A stretch of DNA of 64,000 nucleotides from an uncultured Candidatus Saccharibacteria bacterium (GCA_964641225.1 CAZXKC010000002.1:52893-116892), one strand, 5' to 3'; numbered from the stretch's first letter, positions 39,501 through 48,536 are shown. Notes: generated by a model from the sequence alone, not told the origin. Numbers and translations are program-made.

Positions 39501-39719
39501 AATATAGGCCTCAACGCCCATGATGGGTTTGATGCCGGCCTTTGTGCATTCTTGATAAAATTCAACGGCGCCGTATAAATTGCCGTGGTCGGTGATCGCC
39601 AGCGAGGTCATGCCGAGCGCTTTTGCTCGGGCAACTAAATCAGGTATTTTACTCATCCCGTCGAGTAGGGAGTAGTGGGTATGAGTATGAAGGTGTACAA
39701 ATTGAGAGGTGTCTGCCAT
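36531..39719 (-). CDS. dnaE: DNA polymerase III alpha subunit
   Basis: PHP HLHTHTHYSLLDG, GRGSAAGS, PDIDVD, FNRSH, OB fold. Confidence 0.98.
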   Translation of the reverse strand: MADTSQFVHLHTHTHYSLLDGMSKIPDLVARAKALGMTSLAITDHGNLYGAVEFYQECTKAGIKPIMGVEAYIAPGDHTDKTSTGTNGEERYYHLILLVKNEAGWKNLLQLVTESWLHGFYYKPRMDKAMLRKHHEGLIATSACLGGELAQATLKNDLVQAEKVIREYQDIFGAENYYIEIGRHPKIPDIEKINPHLVALSKKTGAPLVATQDSHYLTSEDKDVHDILLAIQTGKKVNDPKKFTLTDDFSVMSGLQMEYTFSDLPESIQNTAKIAEACNFKLELGKILLPKFDTPDGSDSKAYLRQLVKERTPDRYPVVDEITKTRIEYELGIIEKTGFADYFLIVQDFINWAKDRGVVVGPGRGSAAGSIISYILRITDLDPIHYELLFERFLNPERIQMPDIDVDITDVRRDEVFSYLEEKYGKDRVAHIITFGTMAARASIRDVGRALDIELAFCDRLAKLIPFNKDLDEALAEVDELAQIYKSDERAKKLIDAARKLEGVARHASVHACGTVIAAQPLPLRVPLQHAPQDENVTLTQFEMHAIEDLGLLKMDILGLKNLTIIENTIRLVQEKTGDLIDMSKLPLNDKATFELFQRADTVGVFQLESGGMRRYLKELKPTELEDIIAMVALYRPGPMELIPSYINRKYGKEQVTYQHPKLEPIMKKTYGIGIYQEQMMRIASDLAGYSLAEADTLRKAIGKKIKKLLDEQEAKLIAGLVKNGIPERTARIIWELFPPFARYGFNRSHAACYAMIAYRTAYLKTHYPTEFITALLNSESSDIERISFLISEAKKSGVQVLPPDINKSSSAFAPEGINVRFGLEAVKNVGTNIVKAIIEERSRGGEFATFNELLTRVQHKDLNKKSLESLIKCGALDGFTIDRNTLLANIDDITKYAQAARKIAAPQTADLFGNAFTSKAASKALQLKPATEATNKEKLAWEKELLGLYVSNHPLTVAAAQIETMKPTKIKDMLVERSTVKNYRVCGMINSVKSIITKTGKPMCFAKLEDHSGTVEVVVFSEIFTKNQTCFKEGAIIVCIGKLNFRNGETSLVCDQVKEIA

Positions 39720-39834
39720 ACATTTATTTTTAGCTTTTCGTGTGTATCACGAGAAACTAACAGCTGTAGTATAACGTACGGATTGCTGTAACACAACCGC
39801 CGGTTACTGCGTCTTACTGATAGATATCCTGCCT

Positions 39835-41247
39835 ATGAATTATCTTAAATTTATTAGTTTTTCTATCCTTGCGGGATTAGTTGTACCCGCAGTTGCCGTC
39901 GCGCAAATGTACTCAGGCTCAATCAGCGGAGGTATGTTTACGTCTACCGTAGTTACTCCATCATTTGATAGCAATCACGCCGACGATATTCTCACGCAGA
40001 TCAATAATTTCACAATTCAGGCGATTAATTACAATCAATCGGGCGGCTCTGCCGTAATAACTGCAACTGGGGAGGTGCAGGTTCAGTGTTTTGCCTATCC
40101 GTGTTACCCGCAGACGAATACCTATTATATCCGCACATTTTCTACGACGAGTTTTCTCTTAAAAAATCGCGCATGGGCAACGCTTAGTGCGCTTGCCGTC
40201 GGCGATCGCATCAATGCTTATGGATACCTCGATCGCGATGATCAGGTGATGGACGCACTGATTGTGCGTGACTTAGATAAACCTGCTGTCGCCCAGTATG
40301 TACAGATCGATAACGTTCAGGTGCAGAACGTACCCGGCCCGTATGCGCCAACCAGTTTTACGGTATCGGAAAACACTCAGTATTGTCCGTATCAATTTTT
40401 TGGCGGCGTCTGTCCATTTACGACGGGCAACAGTCGCACATATCAAATCCAGGTTAGTTTTTCAACAACGTTGCTCTACGCAAATCGCACCGCAATGCCG
40501 CTGCCAGAGATACGAGCAGGCGATAGAGTAAATGTATACGGAGTATTGAATCCCACCACAAACACCGTTGATGCAACGGTGATCCGAAATCTTTCGCGCG
40601 ACGGAAATATTTTTACGCCGCCTCCTATGAGTACCAATCAGGCGCCGGTGATAACCTCGGTCAGTGGGCCAAATTTTTTACCGCTCGGTCAGAACGGAAC
40701 ATGGACAATTAGCGCCTATGATCCAGATACTACGCAGCTTACGTATTATGTACGATGGGGCGATGAGCTGTATGGATATGGCAATAATGCAGCGGCTGTT
40801 CCGCAGCTACTTACTCAGACCGGCACCTTTACTCATGCGTATGCTATGGCTGGAACATATACTGTTACGTTTACCGTCGCTGATCAGTACGGAAAACAAG
40901 CAACCTCGACGCTGACGGTAACCGTTAGTGGTAGCGGGCAAATTTCAGTGCCGCAATTAAATCAACTTTCGCCAATTTACGGCCCCGTCGGAAGCTATGT
41001 TACTGTTTATGGTTCTGGGTTTGCCTCGACGGGCAACATTGTTTATTTCGGATCGGGCGCGATTACCGGCGTAAGCTCGTATGACGGGAAAGCGCTCAGT
41101 TTTTTGGCGCCTCAATACCTGAGCCCGTACTGCGCTCCGGGCATGTACTGTGCGCAATATGTTGTAAACGTTACGCCGGGAACATATGAGGTCTCAATTG
41201 ATAACGGATTTAGTAGAAGTAATGTGGTGACGTTTGGGGTGCAGTAG
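39835..41247 (+). CDS. Secreted protein with a duplicated OB-like domain, PKD and IPT/TIG domains
   Basis: Signal peptide; GDR(I/V)N.YG twice; WGD...THAYAMAGTYTV; GPVGSYVTVYGSGF. Confidence 0.78.
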   Translation: MNYLKFISFSILAGLVVPAVAVAQMYSGSISGGMFTSTVVTPSFDSNHADDILTQINNFTIQAINYNQSGGSAVITATGEVQVQCFAYPCYPQTNTYYIRTFSTTSFLLKNRAWATLSALAVGDRINAYGYLDRDDQVMDALIVRDLDKPAVAQYVQIDNVQVQNVPGPYAPTSFTVSENTQYCPYQFFGGVCPFTTGNSRTYQIQVSFSTTLLYANRTAMPLPEIRAGDRVNVYGVLNPTTNTVDATVIRNLSRDGNIFTPPPMSTNQAPVITSVSGPNFLPLGQNGTWTISAYDPDTTQLTYYVRWGDELYGYGNNAAAVPQLLTQTGTFTHAYAMAGTYTVTFTVADQYGKQATSTLTVTVSGSGQISVPQLNQLSPIYGPVGSYVTVYGSGFASTGNIVYFGSGAITGVSSYDGKALSFLAPQYLSPYCAPGMYCAQYVVNVTPGTYEVSIDNGFSRSNVVTFGVQ

Positions 41248-41384
41248 AAAGAAGATTTTTATCCGGGCGGCGCACAAGCGCCGCCCGGTTGCTTTTTGAC
41301 TTTGCCTCATGAAAATCGTTAGAATACTAGCATCCCGGTACGAATGCATGGCGCGTTCGATTAGGGGTAGGGGGGGTAGCGAAG

Positions 41385-41525
41385 ATGACTAAGGGGCAGC
41401 TGCGCGATATCGGTTCGATCGCCGGTATTGTTCTTTTCTCCGGAGCGATCCTGTTCGCCGTCGCGATGGCCATTAGCTCGTGCGGTTCGAGCAGTGTGCA
41501 AACGAAGATCGCCGCCAGTAAGTGA
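41385..41525 (+). CDS. Small putative lipoprotein (46 aa, not in ORF track)
   Basis: G-rich SD; MTKGQLRDIGSIAGIVLFSGAILFAVAMAISSC|GSSS. Confidence 0.5.
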   Translation: MTKGQLRDIGSIAGIVLFSGAILFAVAMAISSCGSSSVQTKIAASK

Positions 41526-41698
41526 TCGTTGTGTAAGTTCGACAATCACCGCATCAGTCTGGGGCGGCGCCCACGCGCGCCGCCCCGACAGAGATTTTTA
41601 TATTGTTGCCTCGCCAGATTGGCGGTTTTAATAAAAAATTGTTAGGGTAAGGATGTCTGCGGGAGGTTGTTCCCGTGGCAGGCAACAAGGAGAGAATC

Positions 41699-42181
41699 AT
41701 GAAGCGACCTTTGTCGAAGGGGATGCGTACGGCGATCATCGGATTGGCGTCGATGTGTATGCTCTTCGGACTCGCACTCGGACTTGCGATCGGGCTCGGT
41801 CATCCGGCGCAGGCGCAGGAGGCGCCGCAGATGGTCCGTGTCGGCACGAAGGTGCCGGACGAGTTCCTTCTCAATCGCCACACTCTCGCGGGGGTCATCG
41901 AAGCGGCTACAAAGAGCAACGAATTCGTGATGTGCTCTATGAGCCCGGGATCGGTGTGGTTCCATGACGGAGAGCTGTATGTCTGGGATGGGCCTGGGAC
42001 GACCGTAGAGCTGGGAGAGACTTTGAGCGTTCCTGTCGAGGTGGGTCCGAAGGGAGAGCTTCAACTCTACATCCGGCGTTCCCGTCCGACGGTCTGGTAT
42101 CGCGACCAGAGTTACAATCCCTTACAGAAGAAGGCCATGAAGGTGACGCAGATCATCGTCGTGGAAGACGGCAGGAAGTAG
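41699..42181 (+). CDS. Hypothetical exported protein
   Basis: AAGGAG SD; signal peptide ending AQA; GC3-biased. Confidence 0.7.
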   Translation: MKRPLSKGMRTAIIGLASMCMLFGLALGLAIGLGHPAQAQEAPQMVRVGTKVPDEFLLNRHTLAGVIEAATKSNEFVMCSMSPGSVWFHDGELYVWDGPGTTVELGETLSVPVEVGPKGELQLYIRRSRPTVWYRDQSYNPLQKKAMKVTQIIVVEDGRK

Positions 42182-42314
42182 CTCGCCGCAAGGCGAGTCG
42201 CGGTCTGATCGGGGCGGTGTGCAACCGCCGCCCCGACAGAGAGAATAATTTGCGCATTTTTTAATAATCTGGTATTCTCTTTTTCATTACTAACTGCTAC
42301 CAATCACTTGTACT

Positions 42315-42470
42315 ATGGGTTCACTACCTCCCAAACATCCTACCAGCGGTAAAGTTCGCCGCCGCCGCAGTCACTTGGCCTTAAAGCCGCTTAATATTGT
42401 TGCTGATAAGGACACAAAGATGCCGACCTTCCCGCACAAAATTATCCCAAAGAAGTGGACCGCAAAATAA
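42315..42470 (+). CDS. rpmF: 50S ribosomal protein L32 (Cys-free, not in ORF track)
   Basis: MGSLPPKHPTSGKVRRRRSHLALKP...PHK; sits directly upstream of nusB-rnc. Confidence 0.8.
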   Translation: MGSLPPKHPTSGKVRRRRSHLALKPLNIVADKDTKMPTFPHKIIPKKWTAK

Positions 42471-42526
42471 GAACTTAAAAACGGAGCTCATGGCTCCGTT
42501 TTCGGTTTTCATATACTATATAGAAC

Positions 42527-42958
42527 ATGGCTTCACGACAGCTCGCACGCTCAATAGTCCTGCAATCCCTCTATGAATGGGATTTTTATGCTCAAAAAAG
42601 TGGACTCGACGAAATAATCGAGCGCAACACAGCAGAGTTTGGTCCGGGTCTTGAAAAAGAAAAGGAATTTATTTCAAAGCTCGCGCACGGCATCGTGGAG
42701 CATATGACTGAGCTCGACAAAATGATTGTTGAGGCTGCACCTGAGTGGCCGATTGAACAGATCGCGGTAATCGATAGAAATGCGCTACGTATTGGACTTT
42801 ATGAATTAAAGTATTCAGATAGGAAGGAGGTGCCGGCGCCGGTTGCCATTGATGAGGCGATCGAGATAGCAAAAAATTACGGCGGTCCGAATTCCGGTAA
42901 GTTTATCAATGGCGTTCTCGGAACGGTCTATCACGCAATGCAAGCAAAAGAAAAATAA
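42527..42958 (+). CDS. nusB: Transcription antitermination factor NusB
   Basis: [45 protein letters not shown]. Confidence 0.96.
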   Translation: MASRQLARSIVLQSLYEWDFYAQKSGLDEIIERNTAEFGPGLEKEKEFISKLAHGIVEHMTELDKMIVEAAPEWPIEQIAVIDRNALRIGLYELKYSDRKEVPAPVAIDEAIEIAKNYGGPNSGKFINGVLGTVYHAMQAKEK

Positions 42959-42961
42959 TCT

Positions 42962-43651
42962 ATGAAAGGCGTTAAACTACAAGAAACAATTAAATACGAA
43001 TTTAAAAACGAGGCACTGCTTAATGAGGCGCTCACGCACCGTTCGTATTTAAATGAGCATCCGGAGTGGAAGTTGCCGCACAATGAGCGGCTTGAATTTT
43101 TGGGTGATGCGGTACTCGAACTCGTCGTAACTGAAGAGTTGTTTAATCGTTATCCCGAGAAAGAAGAGGGCTGGATGACCTCGGTGCGCGCTGCGCTGGT
43201 CAACTACGTTACGCTCGCTGACGTTGCGCGCGGCGTTGGCATTGATGGAGCTGTTCTACTTTCGCGTGGTGAGTCAAAAGATGCCGGCCGCGCTCGCGAG
43301 GTAATCTTGGCAAACGCACTTGAATCGTTAATCGGCGCTGTGTATCAAGATGGCGGCTACAACGCGGCTAAAAAGTTTATTAATAGCTGCATCACCAGTC
43401 GGCTTGAAGAGGTAATTCGTAAAGAGTTGCACGTTGATGCTAAGAGTCTACTGCAAGAGAAAGTCCAGGCATCGCTGAAAGTTACGCCGGTCTACAAAGT
43501 ACTTGAAAGTGTTGGACCAGATCATAAGAAACAATTTACCATCGGTGTATATTTTGGCGACAAGTTGATTGCGCAGGGAAGTGGTCCGAGCAAACAAGAC
43601 GGCGAGGTTGATGCGGCAAAGAAGGCGCTAGAGACAATGAGTACAAAGTGA
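42962..43651 (+). CDS. rnc: Ribonuclease III
   Basis: ALTHRS, NERLEFLGDAVL, C-terminal dsRBD. Confidence 0.97.
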   Translation: MKGVKLQETIKYEFKNEALLNEALTHRSYLNEHPEWKLPHNERLEFLGDAVLELVVTEELFNRYPEKEEGWMTSVRAALVNYVTLADVARGVGIDGAVLLSRGESKDAGRAREVILANALESLIGAVYQDGGYNAAKKFINSCITSRLEEVIRKELHVDAKSLLQEKVQASLKVTPVYKVLESVGPDHKKQFTIGVYFGDKLIAQGSGPSKQDGEVDAAKKALETMSTK

Positions 43652-43654
43652 TAT

Positions 43655-43771
43655 ATGCGTGTTCCTCCTATATTGCCAATACCAATGCTGATCAAGCGGC
43701 CTTGGCTTTGTTTTTTCTTAGGAATCATCTCCTTAGCAATCGCGTTATATTTCGGAATTTTGAAGGGGTAG
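43655..43771 (+). CDS. Possible 38-aa single-TM protein
   Basis: Fills the rnc-smc gap; one hydrophobic helix. Confidence 0.35.
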   Translation: MRVPPILPIPMLIKRPWLCFFLGIISLAIALYFGILKG

Positions 43772-43804
43772 CTTACTGGTCGTAGGTTTAGTACAATATA
43801 AGAG

Positions 43805-46006
43805 ATGTATTTAAAGCGCCTAGAGCTGCTCGGTTTTAAATCGTTTGCAAATAAAACAACGCTGGAATTTCCCAGTGGCGTTACTGCCATTGTTGGACCA
43901 AACGGCAGCGGTAAGTCAAACGTGATCGATGCACTGCGCTGGATTTTGGGCGAAAGTTCAGCGAAAAATATCCGTGCCGAGAAAAGCGAAAATTTACTGT
44001 ATTCCGGAACGCTGACCAGGCCTCGTTCTAGCTTTGCCGAGGTAAAAATTACGTTTGATAACAGCACGCACTTTTTCCCCGTTGATTACACGGAGGTCGC
44101 AATTCGCCGGCGTGTGACGCGCGATGGAACTTCAGCCTATTTTATCAACGACGGCGAGGTACGCATGCGCGATATCGTCGACTTTTTTTCAAAAGTTCGT
44201 CTTGGCACCAAAGGTTTTTCGATTATCAATCAAGGCAACGCCGATTTATTTATTAAAGCCTCGCCGATTGAGCGCCGTGTGATGCTTGAAGAGGTGCTTG
44301 GGCTCCGGCAGTACCAGATCAAGCGGCATGATGCAGAAAATAAACTTGAGGCGACAAAGGTAAATCTTGATAAGGCAAAGGCGCTGATAGAAGAGTTATT
44401 GCCGTCGTTGCGTATTTTGCGCAGACAGGCCGGTAGATTTGAAAAGCATGACCAGGTAAAGGCCGAACTTGCTCAGTTTGAAGGCTTATATTTTGGAGCC
44501 AAATTATTTGAACTCAAAATAGATGAAGAAAAGATCGCCCCACAGGTGGCACTGCTTGATGAGCAGCTTGCCGGGAAAGAAAAGGAGCTTGCTGGTCTGC
44601 GCGAAGAGCTTGCAACCGTCGAAAAGCGTCAACCGTCGCCCGGCGCCAGCGATGCTCGGTATGATGAGTTTAAACATAAACAAACCGAATTACTGAATCG
44701 TCGCGGGCAGATTCAAAAAGAATTAGGTCGTCTTGAGGCGGAGATTGAATTTTTGTTGTCTCGACCAAAGGCAAGCGTAAAGGAGGCCGAGCTGCTTGCG
44801 GTGGTTAAGGATGCAAAAGAGGCGGTTGCGAAGGCGCTTTCGGCCGATGATCTGAGCGCTATTAAAACCTTGCTTGCAGCGCTTGCTGAAAAGATTGAAG
44901 GCGTGCTTGACGGAGGCAGTCGCGAAGCAAAAAATCGCCATGACGAACTCTCTGGAGTCAGGAAACAACTTTCTGTAGATCTTGAGCAGCTAGAAAAGCA
45001 TTTGCAGGAGCTTGGCACCATGGAAAATAAGCTCGCCGGCGAGATGCGGCAATTTAACGTTATTTTTAAAGCCGCCTTTGAAAAGGTGCAGGCCAAGCAA
45101 AATGAAATTAATGCACTCGAGACTCAAAAGAGTCGCCTGCAATTTGAACGCGAAAAAATAACTATGCGTCGCGGCGAACTCGAGCACCAGGCAAAGCAAT
45201 CTGGTCGTAGTCTTGCTGATTTTACCGTGCAGCAGTCACAGGAGGTTGGTCTGGCAGACGCAGAGCGCAAAATGCTGCGCCTACGCGGTGAGCTCGCTGC
45301 AATCGGCGATATTGATCCGGCGATGATCGCTCAGGCAAAGCAGATGGAGGAGCGCTACGCATTTTTAGAGCAGCAGATAACAGACCTTGAAAAGGCAGGC
45401 ATTGATCTTAAAAAATTGATTACCGATCTTAAAAAGAAACTGCACGAAGAATTTACGAAGTCTCTCCATAAGGTAAACGATGAGTTTAATAATTATTTCC
45501 GTTTAATGTTTAGCGGCGGCAAGGCAAAATTGCATTTGGAGAAGAAAGAAAAGAAAGAGGTATTAGAGGGAATAGAGGACGATAGAGGTACTAGCGCGGC
45601 TGATGCCGCAGCGACATCAGCCGCGCAGGAGCAGGAACCGGAAGAGGCCGGCTTGGAAATCGAACTTGCCATCCCGCGTAAGAATATTAAGGGTCTTGAT
45701 TTGCTTTCAGGGGGCGAACGTAGCCTGGTTTCAATCGCCGTATTATTCGCGCTCGTCGCAGTTTCTCCGCCGCCATTTTTGGTGCTCGACGAGGTAGATG
45801 CGGCACTGGACGAAAATAACACCAAGCGGTTTGCGAACTTGGTTGAAAACTTTGGCGGCAAAACACAGTTTGTGATTGTTACCCACAACCGCGCAACGAT
45901 GAGTGCTGCGAATGTTTTGTACGGCGTCACCATGGCTGCCGACGGAACAAGTAAATTGCTTTCGATCAAATTAGAGGAGGCGGAAAAGGTAGTCCAAAAA
46001 ATGTAG
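43805..46006 (+). CDS. smc: SMC-family ATPase (short, no recognisable hinge)
   Basis: GFKSFA, GPNGSGKSN, LSGGE, LDEVDAALD, VTH. Confidence 0.88.
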   Translation: MYLKRLELLGFKSFANKTTLEFPSGVTAIVGPNGSGKSNVIDALRWILGESSAKNIRAEKSENLLYSGTLTRPRSSFAEVKITFDNSTHFFPVDYTEVAIRRRVTRDGTSAYFINDGEVRMRDIVDFFSKVRLGTKGFSIINQGNADLFIKASPIERRVMLEEVLGLRQYQIKRHDAENKLEATKVNLDKAKALIEELLPSLRILRRQAGRFEKHDQVKAELAQFEGLYFGAKLFELKIDEEKIAPQVALLDEQLAGKEKELAGLREELATVEKRQPSPGASDARYDEFKHKQTELLNRRGQIQKELGRLEAEIEFLLSRPKASVKEAELLAVVKDAKEAVAKALSADDLSAIKTLLAALAEKIEGVLDGGSREAKNRHDELSGVRKQLSVDLEQLEKHLQELGTMENKLAGEMRQFNVIFKAAFEKVQAKQNEINALETQKSRLQFEREKITMRRGELEHQAKQSGRSLADFTVQQSQEVGLADAERKMLRLRGELAAIGDIDPAMIAQAKQMEERYAFLEQQITDLEKAGIDLKKLITDLKKKLHEEFTKSLHKVNDEFNNYFRLMFSGGKAKLHLEKKEKKEVLEGIEDDRGTSAADAAATSAAQEQEPEEAGLEIELAIPRKNIKGLDLLSGGERSLVSIAVLFALVAVSPPPFLVLDEVDAALDENNTKRFANLVENFGGKTQFVIVTHNRATMSAANVLYGVTMAADGTSKLLSIKLEEAEKVVQKM

Positions 46007-46007
46007 T

Positions 46008-46358
46008 ATGACCTTCGAGAATTCTTTAGAGCCATTTGATGAAGCGCCAGTACGCCGTTCTATGGAGCTTGCAAGCCAGAAGTGCGCTGAAGCGCTGGAT
46101 TCGTTGGCTCTTTATAAAAAGATGCTCAATGCAAAGACGTTGGAAGCATCGCAAGAGGCTCTTGTGGCATTTCAGAGCCAATTAATAGTAGCAGGCGTTG
46201 AATTGGCGACGGCCGAAGAAGATATTCGGATAGCACAAGAGAATGGAGAAAATGTTACCCAAGATCTTATTAAGCTTGTGGAGGATCAACGCAGAGAAAT
46301 TATGGAGTTAGAAGAGGCTTTTGTCGTGATTACTATGGATAGATCTAATAAGCAGTAG
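46008..46358 (+). CDS. Hypothetical helical protein
   Basis: 116-aa ORF starting 1 nt after smc. Confidence 0.6.
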   Translation: MTFENSLEPFDEAPVRRSMELASQKCAEALDSLALYKKMLNAKTLEASQEALVAFQSQLIVAGVELATAEEDIRIAQENGENVTQDLIKLVEDQRREIMELEEAFVVITMDRSNKQ

Positions 46359-46498
46359 TTTGATAAGCCGCATTGACAGGAAGTTATTTTTCGCGTATTA
46401 TTTCTCGCATTGCTGATGTTGCTGTGCGGGCCTCCCCGCGCTGCTAGAGCGATGTCTGCAACGCTTAATTCATAATTCGTTATTCATAATTCGATCCA

Positions 46499-46783
46499 AT
46501 GCTTTCAATTCGATTAAAACGTATCGGTAAGAAACACCAGGCGGCTTTTCGTTTGGTTATCGGTGAGCGCCGCAGCAAGCTTAAGGGCGATTCGCTCGAG
46601 GATTTGGGATGGTACAACCCGCGTGTTAAAAAAGGAGAGTTTAACAAGGAGCGTGTGAACTACTGGCTTGGCGTTGGTGCGAAAGCCTCCGACACAGTGC
46701 ACAATCTGCTGGTAACTCACGGAGTGATCACTGCAGAGAAGCGTGCAAATCACGAGATCAAGAAGGTGAAAGAGAAGAAATAG
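46499..46783 (+). CDS. rpsP: 30S ribosomal protein S16
   Basis: MLSIRLKRIGKKH, LGWYNP, WLGVGAKASDTV. Confidence 0.96.
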   Translation: MLSIRLKRIGKKHQAAFRLVIGERRSKLKGDSLEDLGWYNPRVKKGEFNKERVNYWLGVGAKASDTVHNLLVTHGVITAEKRANHEIKKVKEKK

Positions 46784-46901
46784 GAGTTGAATATGTCCGG
46801 GCGGCGCGCAAGCGCCGCCCGGATTCGTTTGCGTATTTTGTAATTTTTGTTTAGAATAATTTTATTATCAGAAAAAGGTCGTTTCGACAGAACATGATTG
46901 T

Positions 46902-47357
46902 ATGGCAGAAAAGTTTCTTGATCAGGAGTTTTTAGATTATTTAGTAAAGTCTATCGTTGATCACCCGGAGGAGGTCAAAGTTGAGCGCAGTATCGATGAC
47001 TTGGGGGTATTGCTTCGCCTGAAGGTTCATAAGGAGGATATGGGTCAGGTAGTTGGTCGGCAGGGTGCGACGGCAAAGGCGATTCGTTCGCTGCTTCGTA
47101 TTGTCGGCATTAAGCACCAGGCACGCGTGAATTTAAAGATTGAAGAGCCGGAGGGTTCAACCCACGTTCGTCCGGAAACTGCTCCTCGTCCGATTGCTCC
47201 ACGTCAGACGCAGACAACGTCATACGGCGCAGGAGGCGCACCCGCCTTCGCTGAAGCTTCGGCGGGCAAGCCCGCAGCGCGCGTAGAAGATTCCGGGCCC
47301 TATGTCCCGAGCACTCCGAAGTTTGACGGTCCGATCGCAGATGAACTGAAGTTCTAA
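46902..47357 (+). CDS. khpA: KH-domain RNA-binding protein with an extended C-terminal tail
   Basis: DMGQVVGRQGATAKAIR; position between rpsP and trmD. Confidence 0.88.
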   Translation: MAEKFLDQEFLDYLVKSIVDHPEEVKVERSIDDLGVLLRLKVHKEDMGQVVGRQGATAKAIRSLLRIVGIKHQARVNLKIEEPEGSTHVRPETAPRPIAPRQTQTTSYGAGGAPAFAEASAGKPAARVEDSGPYVPSTPKFDGPIADELKF

Positions 47358-47407
47358 GAATGATTTTGCAAAACCGCCTTCGGGCGGTTTTGTGTTAAGA
47401 TAAAAAT

Positions 47408-47665
47408 ATGAAGCATAAGATTTTGTTTTGGCTAGGCATACTATTTTTAGTAATTGCAGTTCTATGCGCAGTCTCCGTTTTCACGATTGAGCGACATGTT
47501 GAGCTTGGTGGATTGATCACTGCACCTGCTGGTTTCTGCGCTGCAATAATTGGTTTCATGCTGCTTATATTGGCGACTAATTCAGGGAGTAGGCTGCGGT
47601 CCCGGATTATGTGGAGTATTTTTTGTCTTAGTCTCGTAGTTCTTATCGCTCAGTGGATATTGTAG
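47408..47665 (+). CDS. Small 3-TM protein
   Basis: Three hydrophobic segments. Confidence 0.6.
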   Translation: MKHKILFWLGILFLVIAVLCAVSVFTIERHVELGGLITAPAGFCAAIIGFMLLILATNSGSRLRSRIMWSIFCLSLVVLIAQWIL

Positions 47666-47710
47666 GGTATTGATTGCATTTTTAATTTTATCGTGGTAAA
47701 ACTATGTACC

Positions 47711-48376
47711 ATGATGAAATTCGATATTCTAACGATTTTCCCGAAAATGCTCGACTCGTACATCTCCGAGTCGATTTTAAAGCGCGCCCAGGAAAAGAAA
47801 CTGATTAAGATTGTGGGACACGATATTCGAGCCTTTTCAAAAGATAGGCACAAAAAGGTGGACGACCGGCCATATGGCGGCGGCGCAGGGATGGTAATGA
47901 GCTTTCAGCCAATTGCCGATGCTGTTGCTAAACTAAAAACTAGAAACAAGAAACTAAAAACAAGAATAATTTTATTTTCAACCCGCGGAAACGTATTCAC
48001 AAATAAAGATGCAAAGAGGCTCGCAAAATACGATCAGCTCATTTTTATCTGCGGCCGTTACGAGGGAGTTGATCAGCGTGTCGCAGAGTATGTTGCTGAC
48101 GAGGAAATTTCTTTAGGTGATTACGTTATTACGGGCGGAGAGCTTGCTGCCGGAATCGTCATTGACGCAGTTTCACGTCAGATTCCTGGCGTGCTTGGTA
48201 AAACCGAATCACTCGAGGAGCAACAGGGAAGTTATCCAACATACACGAAACCGGAGATAATCAAAGACAAAAAGAAAACGTTGCGCGTGCCAAAGGTTTT
48301 AACAGAAGGAAATCATAAGTTGATTAACGAGTGGCGCGCTCAAAACGGCCTGTCGCGTGAGAGATCGAATTCATAA
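47711..48376 (+). CDS. trmD: tRNA (guanine-N1)-methyltransferase
   Basis: VDDRPYGGGAGM, CGRYEGVD, SLGDYVITGGE. Confidence 0.97.
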   Translation: MMKFDILTIFPKMLDSYISESILKRAQEKKLIKIVGHDIRAFSKDRHKKVDDRPYGGGAGMVMSFQPIADAVAKLKTRNKKLKTRIILFSTRGNVFTNKDAKRLAKYDQLIFICGRYEGVDQRVAEYVADEEISLGDYVITGGELAAGIVIDAVSRQIPGVLGKTESLEEQQGSYPTYTKPEIIKDKKKTLRVPKVLTEGNHKLINEWRAQNGLSRERSNS

Positions 48377-48488
48377 AGTCGTTGTTTCGCACGCGGGGGA
48401 TAAGCTAGGCTTGCAAGCGTTTTTTGTTAGGCGTATCCTAAGAGTGGAAGTCATTTTATGCGGCTATTTCTAGGGTGAGTCAGGGGTA

Positions 48489-48536
48489 TTGACTTTTTCT
48501 ACTAATAGGTGTATAATATATGCTAGTTCATTGAAA
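48489..48536 (+). promoter_or_regulatory. Sigma70-type promoter plus boxA-like motif
   Basis: TTGACT-17-TATAAT then GTTCATTGAAA at 48526-48536. Confidence 0.7.

Noticed and set aside
46410-46461. SRP RNA upstream of rpsP
   Set aside because: The hairpin lacks the SRP domain-IV GGAA loop motif; more likely a 5'-UTR stem.
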